From Escherichia phage EJP2: a stretch of DNA of 64,000 nt. Every line of letters starts with the position of its first letter. Positions within the stretch are counted from its first letter, which is position 1. A program made the translations under genes and the position numbers. The stretch lies in sequence record OQ411014.1, one strand, 5' to 3'. Below, in pieces: positions 10,264 to 19,454 of this stretch. A model generated the notes under the pieces. It made no database searches. It worked only from the letters and a program-made list of their open reading frames with translations, and was not told where the DNA came from.

Positions 10264-10464
10264 AGTACTATCATTGTCATCCACCAGCATTCAGTACTTC
10301 TATTATGCATGTTCTGTGTATACAGGAATCACAAAAGTACTAATGACCTTTCTGAAATCCTTGCAGTACTAAGGATGTCCAAAACTCTTGGAGAATGTAC
10401 TTAGTTGCAGTACATAGAGAAGAGTACTATGCTCACGTAATGAAATTATTTTCGAAAAAGTACT
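10264..10464. repeat. Array of six exact AGTACT boxes (five as AGTACTA, same orientation) in non-coding DNA
   Basis: AGTACT at 10264, 10293, 10336, 10365, 10423 and 10459, plus near-copies TGTACT at 10396 and AGTACA at 10409; spacings 29-58 bp; lies between the endo VII start and an early promoter. Confidence 0.6.
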
Positions 10465-10489
10465 AGAAAAATGAGATGCAAACATAAAA

Positions 10490-10500
10490 TGTGATATAAT
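10490..10500 (+). promoter_or_regulatory. Early-type promoter TGTGATATAAT reading into a roughly 700 nt ORF-poor region
   Basis: Exact box; no convincing protein-coding gene downstream until the terminator at about 11189. Confidence 0.55.
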
Positions 10501-11041
10501 ATAAGTACAAGTTCATAAGGTCAGTTTTTACTGATACAGATTAAACCCAATTCACTCGAAAATGTAGAGGATGGATGAGTAGACTTATGACTACGTAGTG
10601 CAAAAGAAACCCGTTAGGAGATGGCATAGTTTGTACCACCCACGGCAATGTGGCACTTTAAATGAACGCGATAAGCAGACAGACGTTCACTAGATAGACA
10701 TATAAGGCTACCTTACCACACTTGCTAAGGGAGTTCAGTTCAGAACTTGTTTTGAGCTTGAACAGCATTAAGATTCGATTGTATGGATTTTAATGTATGC
10801 GTACTAAGACTACGACCGTTGCACATGACCGTGATAGAGAGAAACAGAGCAACCCGCTTTCGTTCTGACTTGTTCAGAAATTCACGATACAATAATTCCG
10901 ATGCTATCAGCGTCAAGCAATATTTCAGATCCTTAATTGGGTCTTTTTTATTGTCTTCATTCCCCTGCGGGGGGATGAAATTGCCTCAACAAATCTCGTC
11001 AAGTATTAAAGTATTAATTAGTTCTTAATAATTAAATTATT

Positions 11042-11104
11042 AAATGAATTGAGATTCATTAGAGTGAAACGAAGTGAACGATAAATGAATTGAAGATTCT
11101 TAGA
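11042..11104. repeat. Imperfect direct repeat (about 23 nt x2) in AT-rich non-coding DNA
   Basis: AAATGAATTGAGATTCATTAGAG at 11042 and AAATGAATTGAAGATTCTTAGAC at 11082; the surrounding sequence is rich in TTAATTA/AATTAAATTATT. Confidence 0.5.
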
Positions 11105-11180
11105 CAATCGAAGATTGGCTAATCAAATACTTTCTCCTAAAGAATGATTCAATAATAATTCTTAATGAATTTTAAATACA

Positions 11181-11206
11181 AAAAAAACCAGCAACAATGT
11201 GCTGGC
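11181..11206 (-). terminator. Hairpin terminator downstream of the minus-strand gene ending at 11206
   Basis: CCAGCACAATGTGCTGG-type hairpin (CCAGCA / TGCTGG) flanked by an A8 run on the plus strand, which is a U-run on the minus strand. Confidence 0.55.
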
Positions 11207-11457
11207 TATTGATTCATTTTCTTCATTCTTTTGTTATACGACTTCACCATTAAATCCCTTGTCTGTACTGGCATATTCAGTAATGACTCATAGGAAGTGT
11301 TCTCTATAGCAACAGCAGCATCCATCAATGACACCTGAATGTCATTGACATTAAACTCCATATCACTTAGAATCTCTTTTATTTCTTCCGGTTCACTAAT
11401 GAGAAGTCTAGTCCGAAAAAATGGGATGGGTCGTATTTTAGTCCAGTCAATTCCCAC
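11206..11457 (-). CDS. Small hypothetical protein (83 aa); start uncertain
   Basis: ORF overlaps the 3' end of the upstream gene in another frame; could start at the internal Met near 11361. Confidence 0.3.
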   Translation of the reverse strand: MGIDWTKIRPIPFFRTRLLISEPEEIKEILSDMEFNVNDIQVSLMDAAVAIENTSYESLLNMPVQTRDLMVKSYNKRMKKMNQ

Positions 11458-12245
11458 TGATGATTACAGTTACTACATTCAACATCCATAGTATGACTGA
11501 TACCTACATCAAATACACTATCAGACTTTTCACTAATGATTTTGAGATCATTCTTGTTCAAAGTACCAAGCCATTCAGAAATAAATTCTGGTTCAGTTAC
11601 TTCTTCATCATTAGGAGTGACTATCTTCGCAATACTACTGCAAATCATATCATAGTTCAGTTGAGTCATTTTCTCAAAAATGTCACTGAAAATTTCCATT
11701 CTTTCTTTCTCTTCCAAATCAGCACTCATATCAATAACACGAGAACGACTTTGTTGAGCAAACATACGCTCACCAAAAGCAGAATGCTCTTCCCATGTAT
11801 GTGGTCTAAAGTATACTGTTAGTCCATTTTCCATTAGTACTACAGGCTCTTCAGTAAATGAAGTAGTAGTATTGAGTAGATAGTTCAAATCACGACTAAA
11901 TCCACCCACATGTTCACACTCTGGACATGTAACATTGATATCATATGATTCATCTTTAGTAGCTAATTTAATAGCAATAAGTAGTTGCTCTACGTCGTTT
12001 ACATAGAGTTTAGAAGCATCAAGTACTGAAGGGACACAGTTCTCAATTACTTTAGCAATGGCATCACCACCAATTAGTGCATCAGCAGTATTAAGTAGAA
12101 TTTCATCACGTGCAGAACGAGCACATACACCACACTTAGTATTACTTACTACACCTTCAGGGTACTTGATTACATCGTTTGAAACTAGTTTAGTGAACAG
12201 TACTTCAATTTTACTGTACTGTGACAAAGGGTTCATCTTGCTCAT
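11379..12245 (-). CDS. Hypothetical protein with three Cys clusters (possible zinc-binding structural/assembly protein)
   Basis: 288 aa; CGVCARSA, CPECEH and CSNCNH motifs; transcribed divergently from the tape-measure-like gene. Confidence 0.55.
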   Translation of the reverse strand: MSKMNPLSQYSKIEVLFTKLVSNDVIKYPEGVVSNTKCGVCARSARDEILLNTADALIGGDAIAKVIENCVPSVLDASKLYVNDVEQLLIAIKLATKDESYDINVTCPECEHVGGFSRDLNYLLNTTTSFTEEPVVLMENGLTVYFRPHTWEEHSAFGERMFAQQSRSRVIDMSADLEEKERMEIFSDIFEKMTQLNYDMICSSIAKIVTPNDEEVTEPEFISEWLGTLNKNDLKIISEKSDSVFDVGISHTMDVECSNCNHQWELTGLKYDPSHFFGLDFSLVNRKK

Positions 12246-12298
12246 ATATACTCCATATCATAAATAGTTTTAATATAATTATTTATTAAGGATAGGAT

Positions 12299-14491
12299 AT
12301 GGCAATTTCACAGAGTGATTACTTATTGCAAGAGATGTTGAATAAATCATCCAGTGCAAATGATAATCTTAGTGCTATGCGTGATTTGCTCATAGAACTG
12401 AATAAAAACGTTAAAAAAGGGTCAAGTAACTCACCTGGGAGTGGTGGTGGCGGTGGTTCTGGTGGTGGCGGCAGCGGCAGTTCTGATAGTAATGGAGCAG
12501 ATCCGAAGAAGTACTCAAACATGTTTAAACAGATGTTCGGTAATATGAGAGGGGCCGGAAACACCATACTTGGAAACAACGGAAATGCTGCTAACGTAAT
12601 GGGTTCACTAGGAACTACAGCAACTGGCCTTGCATCGTCATTAGGTAGGGCAATTCCAGTAGTTGGTGGGGTAACTCAAGCATTTACATTATTAGTAGAC
12701 GCTGGAATGGCAGTTTACAACTATATGAATGCTCAGTTGGAGATGTATAATGAGTTAAACAGTTCAGGTTTGACACTTGCAACTGGTATGAGTACGCTAG
12801 AACGTGCTTCTGCTAAGAGTTTGATGAGTAATGCAGAATTTGGTGAAGCATTGAAACGAAACTCTGACGTTTTAGCAGCTATGGAAGGTCAATATGGTCA
12901 TGGTGTTGAAGGTTTTGGTAATTTATTGAATACAGTTCAGAAATTGCAATCAGTTAACGGTCTATATGGTGTTTCTCAACAACAATTAGCTGATATGGCA
13001 GCAAGAAACTTCAAATATCAGAAATTATATGGCACACAAGAGTCATTACGCTCTGCTGCACAGGCTCAAAGTACTGATCTCTTTGTTCGTCAGATGACTT
13101 CATTGAGTAAGAGTGTTGGTAAGAGTGTTGACCAACTATTAGGTAATTTTGAGAACCTAACTGACAGTTTTGACAGTCAAACAAACGCCCGTTCATTGGA
13201 ACGTTTCTGGGGTCTATCAACAGACCAAGCGGCTGATGTAAACAAGGCAATGAACACTGTTTATGCTAGTTTAGGTGAAGTTGGTGTTAAGTTGCAAGCA
13301 GCAAACACTATGAAAATGTCCCAACAGCCATTGACTGAAGAATTTAATAACTTTTTTACACAAATGTTAACCGATAGAATGCGTGAAATACAACGTGCTG
13401 GTGTAAAAGATCCGAAACAAATACAGAAATATCTATCTGACTATATAAAATCTCATCAAAAGCAATTGCAGCTTGAAATTGATGCACAATATGATGCAAA
13501 AAATATACCAGCAGCAAAATTCCTTGAAGATTTGCGTAATTCAATGCAAATGTTGAACGAAAATACTTCTGATGTTAGTCCAGTAATGGAAGAATTTACA
13601 AATAGATTCAATACATGGCTACAAGACTCAGTAACTGGACCATTTAAAACTATGTGGGCTGATACACGTGATAGTGCATTGCGTTATTTGATGGATACAT
13701 ATGATTCAGTTGACAGTATATTCATGATGCCAGCACAAATGATGAAAGATTTGTTATCATATATAACTGAAGGTATGGGAGGAATGGGAACTCTGTTCTT
13801 AGGACTACCAGGACAACTGATGGATATAATTACAACAAACTTTGGTCCTGTTAAGGAAGCATTTGGTAAATTCATGGGTGATTTGATGGATATCCCAGGT
13901 CGATTGGGTGAATTCCTATGGGGAATGCTCACTGGTGATGGTTTATCTAAGAGTGCTGAGGGTCTTCAGAAGACAATTAATAGTCTATTTGGTCATATTA
14001 CTGAGATGTTTGACGGTATTATGGATTTAGAATTCAATTATGATGACATGAAAGAGAAAGTACTGGGTGTTTTCCAATCAATGAAGGATAAATTATCTGG
14101 AATTTGGGATAGTGCTAAGTCATGGATTATGGGTGACGACAAAAAAACACCAGAACCTAGTAAAAAATCCAAAACTGAAAAACTTTCAGAGAAAAATAAG
14201 ACAGAAACTAAAGCACCAACGCCTCCACCTACTAGTGTTGAGAAGAAACATCAAACAGCACAGGTAACGGAACCTCCACAATATACAAAACCTGAGAAAA
14301 TTGAGAAGGTAGAGAAGGAAGTAGCACCAGTAATGGATGTTGCTAACAATCAAGCGACGCTAGAAGAGAGCATTTTAAAAACACTAAATAATCTCATGAG
14401 TGTTGCAGAACAAACTAACCAAATCAATAATAACGCTGGCATGTATCTACGTCAAATCGCAGAAAACACCGCTGGTGCACAGAATGTATAA
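12299..14491 (+). CDS. Putative tape-measure / internal virion protein
   Basis: 730 aa, Gly-rich N-terminal tract (GSGGGGGSGGGGSGS), long helical Q/L/M-rich core, K/E/P-rich C-terminus; immediately upstream of portal. Function inferred from composition only. Confidence 0.45.
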   Translation: MAISQSDYLLQEMLNKSSSANDNLSAMRDLLIELNKNVKKGSSNSPGSGGGGGSGGGGSGSSDSNGADPKKYSNMFKQMFGNMRGAGNTILGNNGNAANVMGSLGTTATGLASSLGRAIPVVGGVTQAFTLLVDAGMAVYNYMNAQLEMYNELNSSGLTLATGMSTLERASAKSLMSNAEFGEALKRNSDVLAAMEGQYGHGVEGFGNLLNTVQKLQSVNGLYGVSQQQLADMAARNFKYQKLYGTQESLRSAAQAQSTDLFVRQMTSLSKSVGKSVDQLLGNFENLTDSFDSQTNARSLERFWGLSTDQAADVNKAMNTVYASLGEVGVKLQAANTMKMSQQPLTEEFNNFFTQMLTDRMREIQRAGVKDPKQIQKYLSDYIKSHQKQLQLEIDAQYDAKNIPAAKFLEDLRNSMQMLNENTSDVSPVMEEFTNRFNTWLQDSVTGPFKTMWADTRDSALRYLMDTYDSVDSIFMMPAQMMKDLLSYITEGMGGMGTLFLGLPGQLMDIITTNFGPVKEAFGKFMGDLMDIPGRLGEFLWGMLTGDGLSKSAEGLQKTINSLFGHITEMFDGIMDLEFNYDDMKEKVLGVFQSMKDKLSGIWDSAKSWIMGDDKKTPEPSKKSKTEKLSEKNKTETKAPTPPPTSVEKKHQTAQVTEPPQYTKPEKIEKVEKEVAPVMDVANNQATLEESILKTLNNLMSVAEQTNQINNNAGMYLRQIAENTAGAQNV

Positions 14492-14506
14492 TAATGGAGA
14501 TCTCCG

Positions 14507-16261
14507 ATGAGTAGTTGGAAACGACATATGACCACCGCCCGTTCTAAAGTTTCAACAACCAAACAGGAACAGGCAAAAAACAAATCAGGATTGGAAACAT
14601 CAGGTTCTAAATCTAACTTTGCTTCATATCTCCCAGTGGTATACACTGGGTTACCAAACCGTACTGATAGATATCGTCAGTACGATCAAATGGACCAAGA
14701 CCCTGAAATCCGAACCGCATTAAACATCATTGCTGACTTTTGTACTCAAAGTACTGAAGATTTTGGCCTACCATTTAAGATTAAGTATAGAGATAACATT
14801 GGTGATACTGAAGTTACTACTCTTGAAGACCGTCTTGAATCATGGGCTGACCAGAATGATTTTAAAACCAGAATGTATGAAATTGTTCGTGGTCTATTAA
14901 AGTATGGCGACCAATTCTTTATCCGTGACCCAGAAACATTTGACTGGTACTGGGTAAACCCAATGAACGTAGAGCAGGTATTCGTAAACGAAGCTACTGG
15001 TAAGAACCCAGTTGTTTATTATATCCGTGACGTATCATTGAACCTACATGATAAAGTATTTTCTAACTTACAAATTGGTTTTGACCGTATGACATATCCT
15101 GGTGCAGTACCGAACGGTATGAACACTAACAGTAATATGTTTAGTAACAGTTCTGGTGGTGGATATGGTAACAGTGCAAACAGTGCTGACCCATTCAACA
15201 CAAATGGACGTATGGATATTATCCCAGTTGCCGCAGAACACGTTATTCACTTAACATTAAATACTGGACAAGATGGTGTATGGCCTTTCGGTACTAGTAT
15301 CTTAGAAGATGTGTTTAAAGTTTATAAACAAAAAGAACTTCTTGAAGATAGTATCATTATCTATCGTGTACAACGTGCTCCAGAACGTCGTGTATTTAAA
15401 ATTGACGTTGGTGATATGCAAATACCACAAGCAATGGCACACGTAGAGCGTATCAAGAATGAAATCCACCAGCGTCGTATACCTTCCAATAAAGGTGGCA
15501 GTACTTCATTAATGGATGCAGCGTATAACCCACTTAGTATTCTAGAAGACTACTTCTTCCCACAAACATCTGAAGGTCGTGGTTCATCTGTTGAAACTCT
15601 TCCTGGTGGTGATAACCTAGGTCAGATTGATGACTTGCGTTACTTCAATGATAAATTGATTCGTGGCTTACAGATTCCATCTTCTTATCTACCAATGGGG
15701 CCAAGTTCTGATGGTGGCGTTTCCTTATTTGGTGACGGTGCTACTCAAGCTATGGCAAGTGAATTACGCTTTAACAACCAATGTATGCGTTATCAACGTT
15801 TGGTTGCACGTGTATTTGATAAAGAATTCAAACGTTATATGATTTACAATGGTTATACTATTAGTGATTCTTCGTTTGAAGTGATTTTCAATCCACCAAT
15901 CAACCTAGCGTCTTATCGTCGTGCTGAACTTGATGCTCGTCTAATTAACACTTATCTACCACTAAATGACATTCCATACATTGCGAAACAAACCATTCTT
16001 AATAAGATGGGCTTTGACCAAGGTGAAATTGTCAAGAACGAACAGCTATGGATTCAAGAAAATCCAGATGCATTTGACGGTACTGGTGCTAATCCAGATG
16101 GTGAAGAAGAAGCAGGTCTTGCGTCAGTAGGTATTAATGCACCAAACGATGCTGGTACTGATTTAGGTATTGATGATGATGGAAATCTAGAAAGTGCCGA
16201 TGCGAAGTTCCAGGACATGCAAGCGGATTTTAACCCTAATACATTAGGCGATTCTTTCTAA
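14507..16261 (+). CDS. Portal protein (T4 gp20-like)
   Basis: IIYRVQRAPERRVFKIDVGDM and ETLPGGDNLGQIDDLRYF match recalled gp20 blocks ([39 protein letters not shown]); 584 aa. Confidence 0.85.
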   Translation: MSSWKRHMTTARSKVSTTKQEQAKNKSGLETSGSKSNFASYLPVVYTGLPNRTDRYRQYDQMDQDPEIRTALNIIADFCTQSTEDFGLPFKIKYRDNIGDTEVTTLEDRLESWADQNDFKTRMYEIVRGLLKYGDQFFIRDPETFDWYWVNPMNVEQVFVNEATGKNPVVYYIRDVSLNLHDKVFSNLQIGFDRMTYPGAVPNGMNTNSNMFSNSSGGGYGNSANSADPFNTNGRMDIIPVAAEHVIHLTLNTGQDGVWPFGTSILEDVFKVYKQKELLEDSIIIYRVQRAPERRVFKIDVGDMQIPQAMAHVERIKNEIHQRRIPSNKGGSTSLMDAAYNPLSILEDYFFPQTSEGRGSSVETLPGGDNLGQIDDLRYFNDKLIRGLQIPSSYLPMGPSSDGGVSLFGDGATQAMASELRFNNQCMRYQRLVARVFDKEFKRYMIYNGYTISDSSFEVIFNPPINLASYRRAELDARLINTYLPLNDIPYIAKQTILNKMGFDQGEIVKNEQLWIQENPDAFDGTGANPDGEEEAGLASVGINAPNDAGTDLGIDDDGNLESADAKFQDMQADFNPNTLGDSF

Positions 16262-16326
16262 GAATAAATAACTATGATTAGATAATTCACCCCTTCAGTG
16301 GGGTGAATAACATTTAGGAGTGAACA

Positions 16327-16557
16327 ATGTTAGATGAAATCTTTGAATCAAGAGACGATTCTATGTACGACCCTGAAGATGATCAGACTGTTTATAAACT
16401 AACTGATACCAGAAAACCTAAATTGACGCTTCAGATTTTAAATAATCTAAGAAAATATCGTGAATTTAAGAAGAATGAAGAGGCACGTCGTGCTTCTGTT
16501 GTATCTGTTGTGTATGCAACACCATCTGAACCATCCGGTGGAAGTGGAATGATGTAA
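16327..16557 (+). CDS. Small hypothetical protein (76 aa)
   Basis: ORF with upstream GGAG; lies between the portal and prohead-core genes. Confidence 0.4.
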   Translation: MLDEIFESRDDSMYDPEDDQTVYKLTDTRKPKLTLQILNNLRKYREFKKNEEARRASVVSVVYATPSEPSGGSGMM

Positions 16558-16560
16558 AAG

Positions 16561-16597
16561 AGCGATTTTAAACCCCTTTTAAAAATCGCTTTTTTTA
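16561..16597 (+). terminator. Rho-independent terminator
   Basis: AGCGATTTTAAA CCCC TTTTAAAAATCGCT inverted repeat followed by T7. Confidence 0.65.
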
Positions 16598-16603
16598 AAA
16601 AGT

Positions 16604-16623
16604 ATAAATAATCACATACTGAA
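16604..16623 (+). promoter_or_regulatory. Late-type promoter box TATAAATAAT with conserved downstream ACATACTGAAA element
   Basis: TATAAATAATCACATACTGAAAT; nearly the same 20-mer recurs at 19400 upstream of the capsid gene. Confidence 0.5.
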
Positions 16624-16655
16624 ATATAAAATTTTGTATATCTTTGGAGGATATC

Positions 16656-17525
16656 ATGGCAAACAAAAAATTACTACAAGAAGCTATTCAGGCTTTTGCA
16701 AATGGTGAACACGCTGTTGCTGATAAAAAACTACGTAAATATTTTATCGAAACCGCTCAAGAAATTAACAAGAAACTAGAAGAAGAAATGGAAGCGGAAG
16801 AGTGTGAAGAAATCTCTGAAGCGGAAGAAGTAGAAGACTGTGAAGAAGTCGTTGCTGAAGACATTCATTCTGGTCAATCAGAAGATCTAACTGGTGAAAT
16901 TCAATATGCACTAGGTGAAGCTGAAGACGAAGAAGTTGAAGCTGGCGAAGAAGAAATTGGTATCGACGGTGACGAAGAAGTTGCTGGCGAAGAAGAAGTT
17001 GAAGTTGAGTCTGGTGACCTACCAACTCAAGACCAATGGGCTTCCATTAAAGATGCAATTGATTCTCTAAGCAAGCGTTTCGATGAAATCGAAGGCGAAG
17101 GCGACATTGACCTAGATGTTGAAGGTGATGATGTTGGTGATGAAGAAGAAATTTCCGATTTCGAAATTGACGATGCAGGTGAAGAAGAATTTGGTGATGT
17201 ACAGTTCGGTGATGAGAAATTTGGCGAATCTTACAAAATGAAACCAGTTTCTAAACCAGGTAACGATGCAGCTAAATCTAAATCTCCAGTTGCACCAAAC
17301 GCTAAATCTCCAGTAGACGGCGTTGACCCAGTTAAGATCAAAGATGGTAACGTTGTTACTAACGATGGCGAACTTCTAAAAAATAAAGATGCTGACACTG
17401 CTAAAGTGGAAGACATGAACAACGTTATGGATAATGCTAAAGGTCTAATGAAAGACGTTAAGAAACCAGCTAATAAAGCTGACAAATCTAAGTCTGTAGT
17501 TCCATCAAAAGCACCAAAGTTCTAA
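16656..17525 (+). CDS. Highly acidic prohead core / scaffold-like protein
   Basis: D/E-rich with strong GGAGG site before ATG 16656 (track start 16644 is TTG); position between portal and protease matches the T4 gp67/gp68 region. Confidence 0.5.
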   Translation: MANKKLLQEAIQAFANGEHAVADKKLRKYFIETAQEINKKLEEEMEAEECEEISEAEEVEDCEEVVAEDIHSGQSEDLTGEIQYALGEAEDEEVEAGEEEIGIDGDEEVAGEEEVEVESGDLPTQDQWASIKDAIDSLSKRFDEIEGEGDIDLDVEGDDVGDEEEISDFEIDDAGEEEFGDVQFGDEKFGESYKMKPVSKPGNDAAKSKSPVAPNAKSPVDGVDPVKIKDGNVVTNDGELLKNKDADTAKVEDMNNVMDNAKGLMKDVKKPANKADKSKSVVPSKAPKF

Positions 17526-17559
17526 TCATAAATAATATAAAGAAAGGAGATCATTAATT

Positions 17560-18183
17560 ATGAACATGATAAGAGAGTGGTCTTCATTCAGTGATTCGAA
17601 CATTGTACTTGAATATCAAGAAAACAAATTAGGCGGTAAGGATTGCTACCTTCGTGGTATTGCAATCCAAGCCGATAAACGAAACCTGAACGAACGTATC
17701 TACCCACTAAATGAAATTGCTCATGCTGTTGAAGTTATGCAACAACGTCTGCAACGTGGTGAGAGCATTCTTGTTGAATGTGACCACCCAGAAACACTAA
17801 CTATTAACTTAGACCGAGTTGCAGCCAAAATTACGAAAGTATGGATGGAAGGTCACAATGGTATGGCAGAAATTAAACTTCTACCAACCTCACATGGCAA
17901 AAACATTCGGGCTATGCTCGAAGCAGGTGTAAAATTGGGTGTAAGCTCACGTGGTTCTGGTAACGTTGACCATAACGGTATCGTATCAGATTTCGAAATT
18001 GTTACTATTGATATTGTTGCTCAACCAAGTGCTCCAGATGCTTATCCAGAAGCAGTATTTGAGTCTCTAAACTATAAGTACGGTTCACCTGCTAACGGAA
18101 GAAAATCTATCGTTGAAAACAAGAAAGTTCCTACTTCAGTAGAAAACGAAATTCACGATTTTTTCAAGAAATTAAAAGGTTAA
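17560..18183 (+). CDS. Prohead protease (T4 gp21-like)
   Basis: 207 aa, same size and position (portal-protease-scaffold-capsid) as T4 gp21; strong AGGAGA RBS. Synteny-based. Confidence 0.55.
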   Translation: MNMIREWSSFSDSNIVLEYQENKLGGKDCYLRGIAIQADKRNLNERIYPLNEIAHAVEVMQQRLQRGESILVECDHPETLTINLDRVAAKITKVWMEGHNGMAEIKLLPTSHGKNIRAMLEAGVKLGVSSRGSGNVDHNGIVSDFEIVTIDIVAQPSAPDAYPEAVFESLNYKYGSPANGRKSIVENKKVPTSVENEIHDFFKKLKG

Positions 18184-18255
18184 AAAAAATTTTTTATAAA
18201 TATTTGTACATCAAAAGTGCTAATATTTAAAAAGTACTTTAAAGGAGAACAAACA

Positions 18256-19371
18256 ATGTCGAAATTAGATAAGTTTCTAAACGAATCTAGTCTTTCTGAT
18301 GAGGCTAAAGCACTTATCCAGGAAGCATGGAATGAAGAAAAAGCTATTGTAGCTGCCGAAATGCGTGAAGAAATGAAAGGACGTTACCAAGAAGATTTAG
18401 GTCGCTTAACTGAAGGTCTAAATACAATGATGACTGGTGTCATCAACGAAGAAATGAAAACCGTATATGATGAACGTAAACGTCTATCAGAAGATCGTGT
18501 TACTCTTCGTAAAACCCTTGGCAACTTTTCACAATTTGCAAACGGTGTGCTAGCTGAAGAAGTTAAAGGTATGCGTACTGAACGTATCCAAGTTCAAGAA
18601 AGTCTAGACAAGTTCATCGGTTTTAGTAATAAAATCCTAGCTGAAGAACTAAAAGACTTCCATACAGAAAAAACCCAACTAGTTGAAGCACGCGTTAAAC
18701 TAATCGCTGAAGGTCATAAGCAAATTGCTGAAGCCCGTCAGAACTTTGTAAAACGTGCCGCTGAATCCGCTGCTGTTTATATCGCAGAAACCACTCACAA
18801 AAATCTATCGTCTCTTAAAGATGATCTTCGTGAAGCTAAACAAAATATGTTTGGTCGTAAAATTTTCGAAGCGTTTGCGAATGAGTTCCACAATAAACAA
18901 TATAGCGAAAATTCAATTCTACGTCAGTTGACCGAATCTGTGAAACAACATGAAAGCGAAGTGATGGATATGAAGGTCGCTCTTCAAGAATCCAAACAAG
19001 TAGCTGCTGATGCACAACGTAAGATGCGTATCATGGAAGATACTCAAGCTCGTGCAGCAATCATGTCTGAACTGGTTAAGCCTCTTAACCCACAGCAAAA
19101 ACAAATTATGGAATCACTACTTCAAACTTCCCCTACTGCGAAGCTAAAAGACGATTTCAACAAGTATCATAAATCTGTACTGAAAGGTACACTAAATGAG
19201 TCTGCTGCAAAAGGCCGCCCAGCAGTTGATAATAAGGCAAACAAACAAACTCTAGCTGAAGGTAAAGTTATTACCGGAAATCGAGCAGCGATTGTTGAAA
19301 ATGAAATGGACAGTACTGATATGGCGTTCCTCAAAGAAATCGAACACCTTGCAGGAATGACCAAAAAATAA
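18256..19371 (+). CDS. Prohead scaffolding protein (T4 gp22-like)
   Basis: Helical, charged, E/K/Q-rich; AAAGGAGA RBS before ATG 18256; immediately upstream of the major capsid gene. Confidence 0.55.
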   Translation: MSKLDKFLNESSLSDEAKALIQEAWNEEKAIVAAEMREEMKGRYQEDLGRLTEGLNTMMTGVINEEMKTVYDERKRLSEDRVTLRKTLGNFSQFANGVLAEEVKGMRTERIQVQESLDKFIGFSNKILAEELKDFHTEKTQLVEARVKLIAEGHKQIAEARQNFVKRAAESAAVYIAETTHKNLSSLKDDLREAKQNMFGRKIFEAFANEFHNKQYSENSILRQLTESVKQHESEVMDMKVALQESKQVAADAQRKMRIMEDTQARAAIMSELVKPLNPQQKQIMESLLQTSPTAKLKDDFNKYHKSVLKGTLNESAAKGRPAVDNKANKQTLAEGKVITGNRAAIVENEMDSTDMAFLKEIEHLAGMTKK

Positions 19372-19399
19372 TTATTTTATAAAGCTAATCTTTTTCAGT

Positions 19400-19420
19400 G
19401 ATAAATAATAACATACTGAA
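19400..19420 (+). promoter_or_regulatory. Late-type promoter box GATAAATAAT with ACATACTGAAA element
   Basis: GATAAATAATAACATACTGAAAAG about 35 nt upstream of the capsid gene start. Confidence 0.5.
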
Positions 19421-19454
19421 AAGCGAAATAAACCATCTTTTAAGGAGATATAAA

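Noticed and set aside
10540-10960. Possible tRNA genes in the non-coding island
   Set aside because: Scanned by eye for T-loop (GGTTCGAATCC-like) and D-loop signatures with 7 bp acceptor stems; nothing folds into a cloverleaf. Needs a proper tRNA scan to exclude.
10783-11028. 81 aa plus-strand ORF in the non-coding island
   Set aside because: No ribosome-binding site, low-complexity translation and compositionally unlike neighbouring genes; the region is more likely non-coding.
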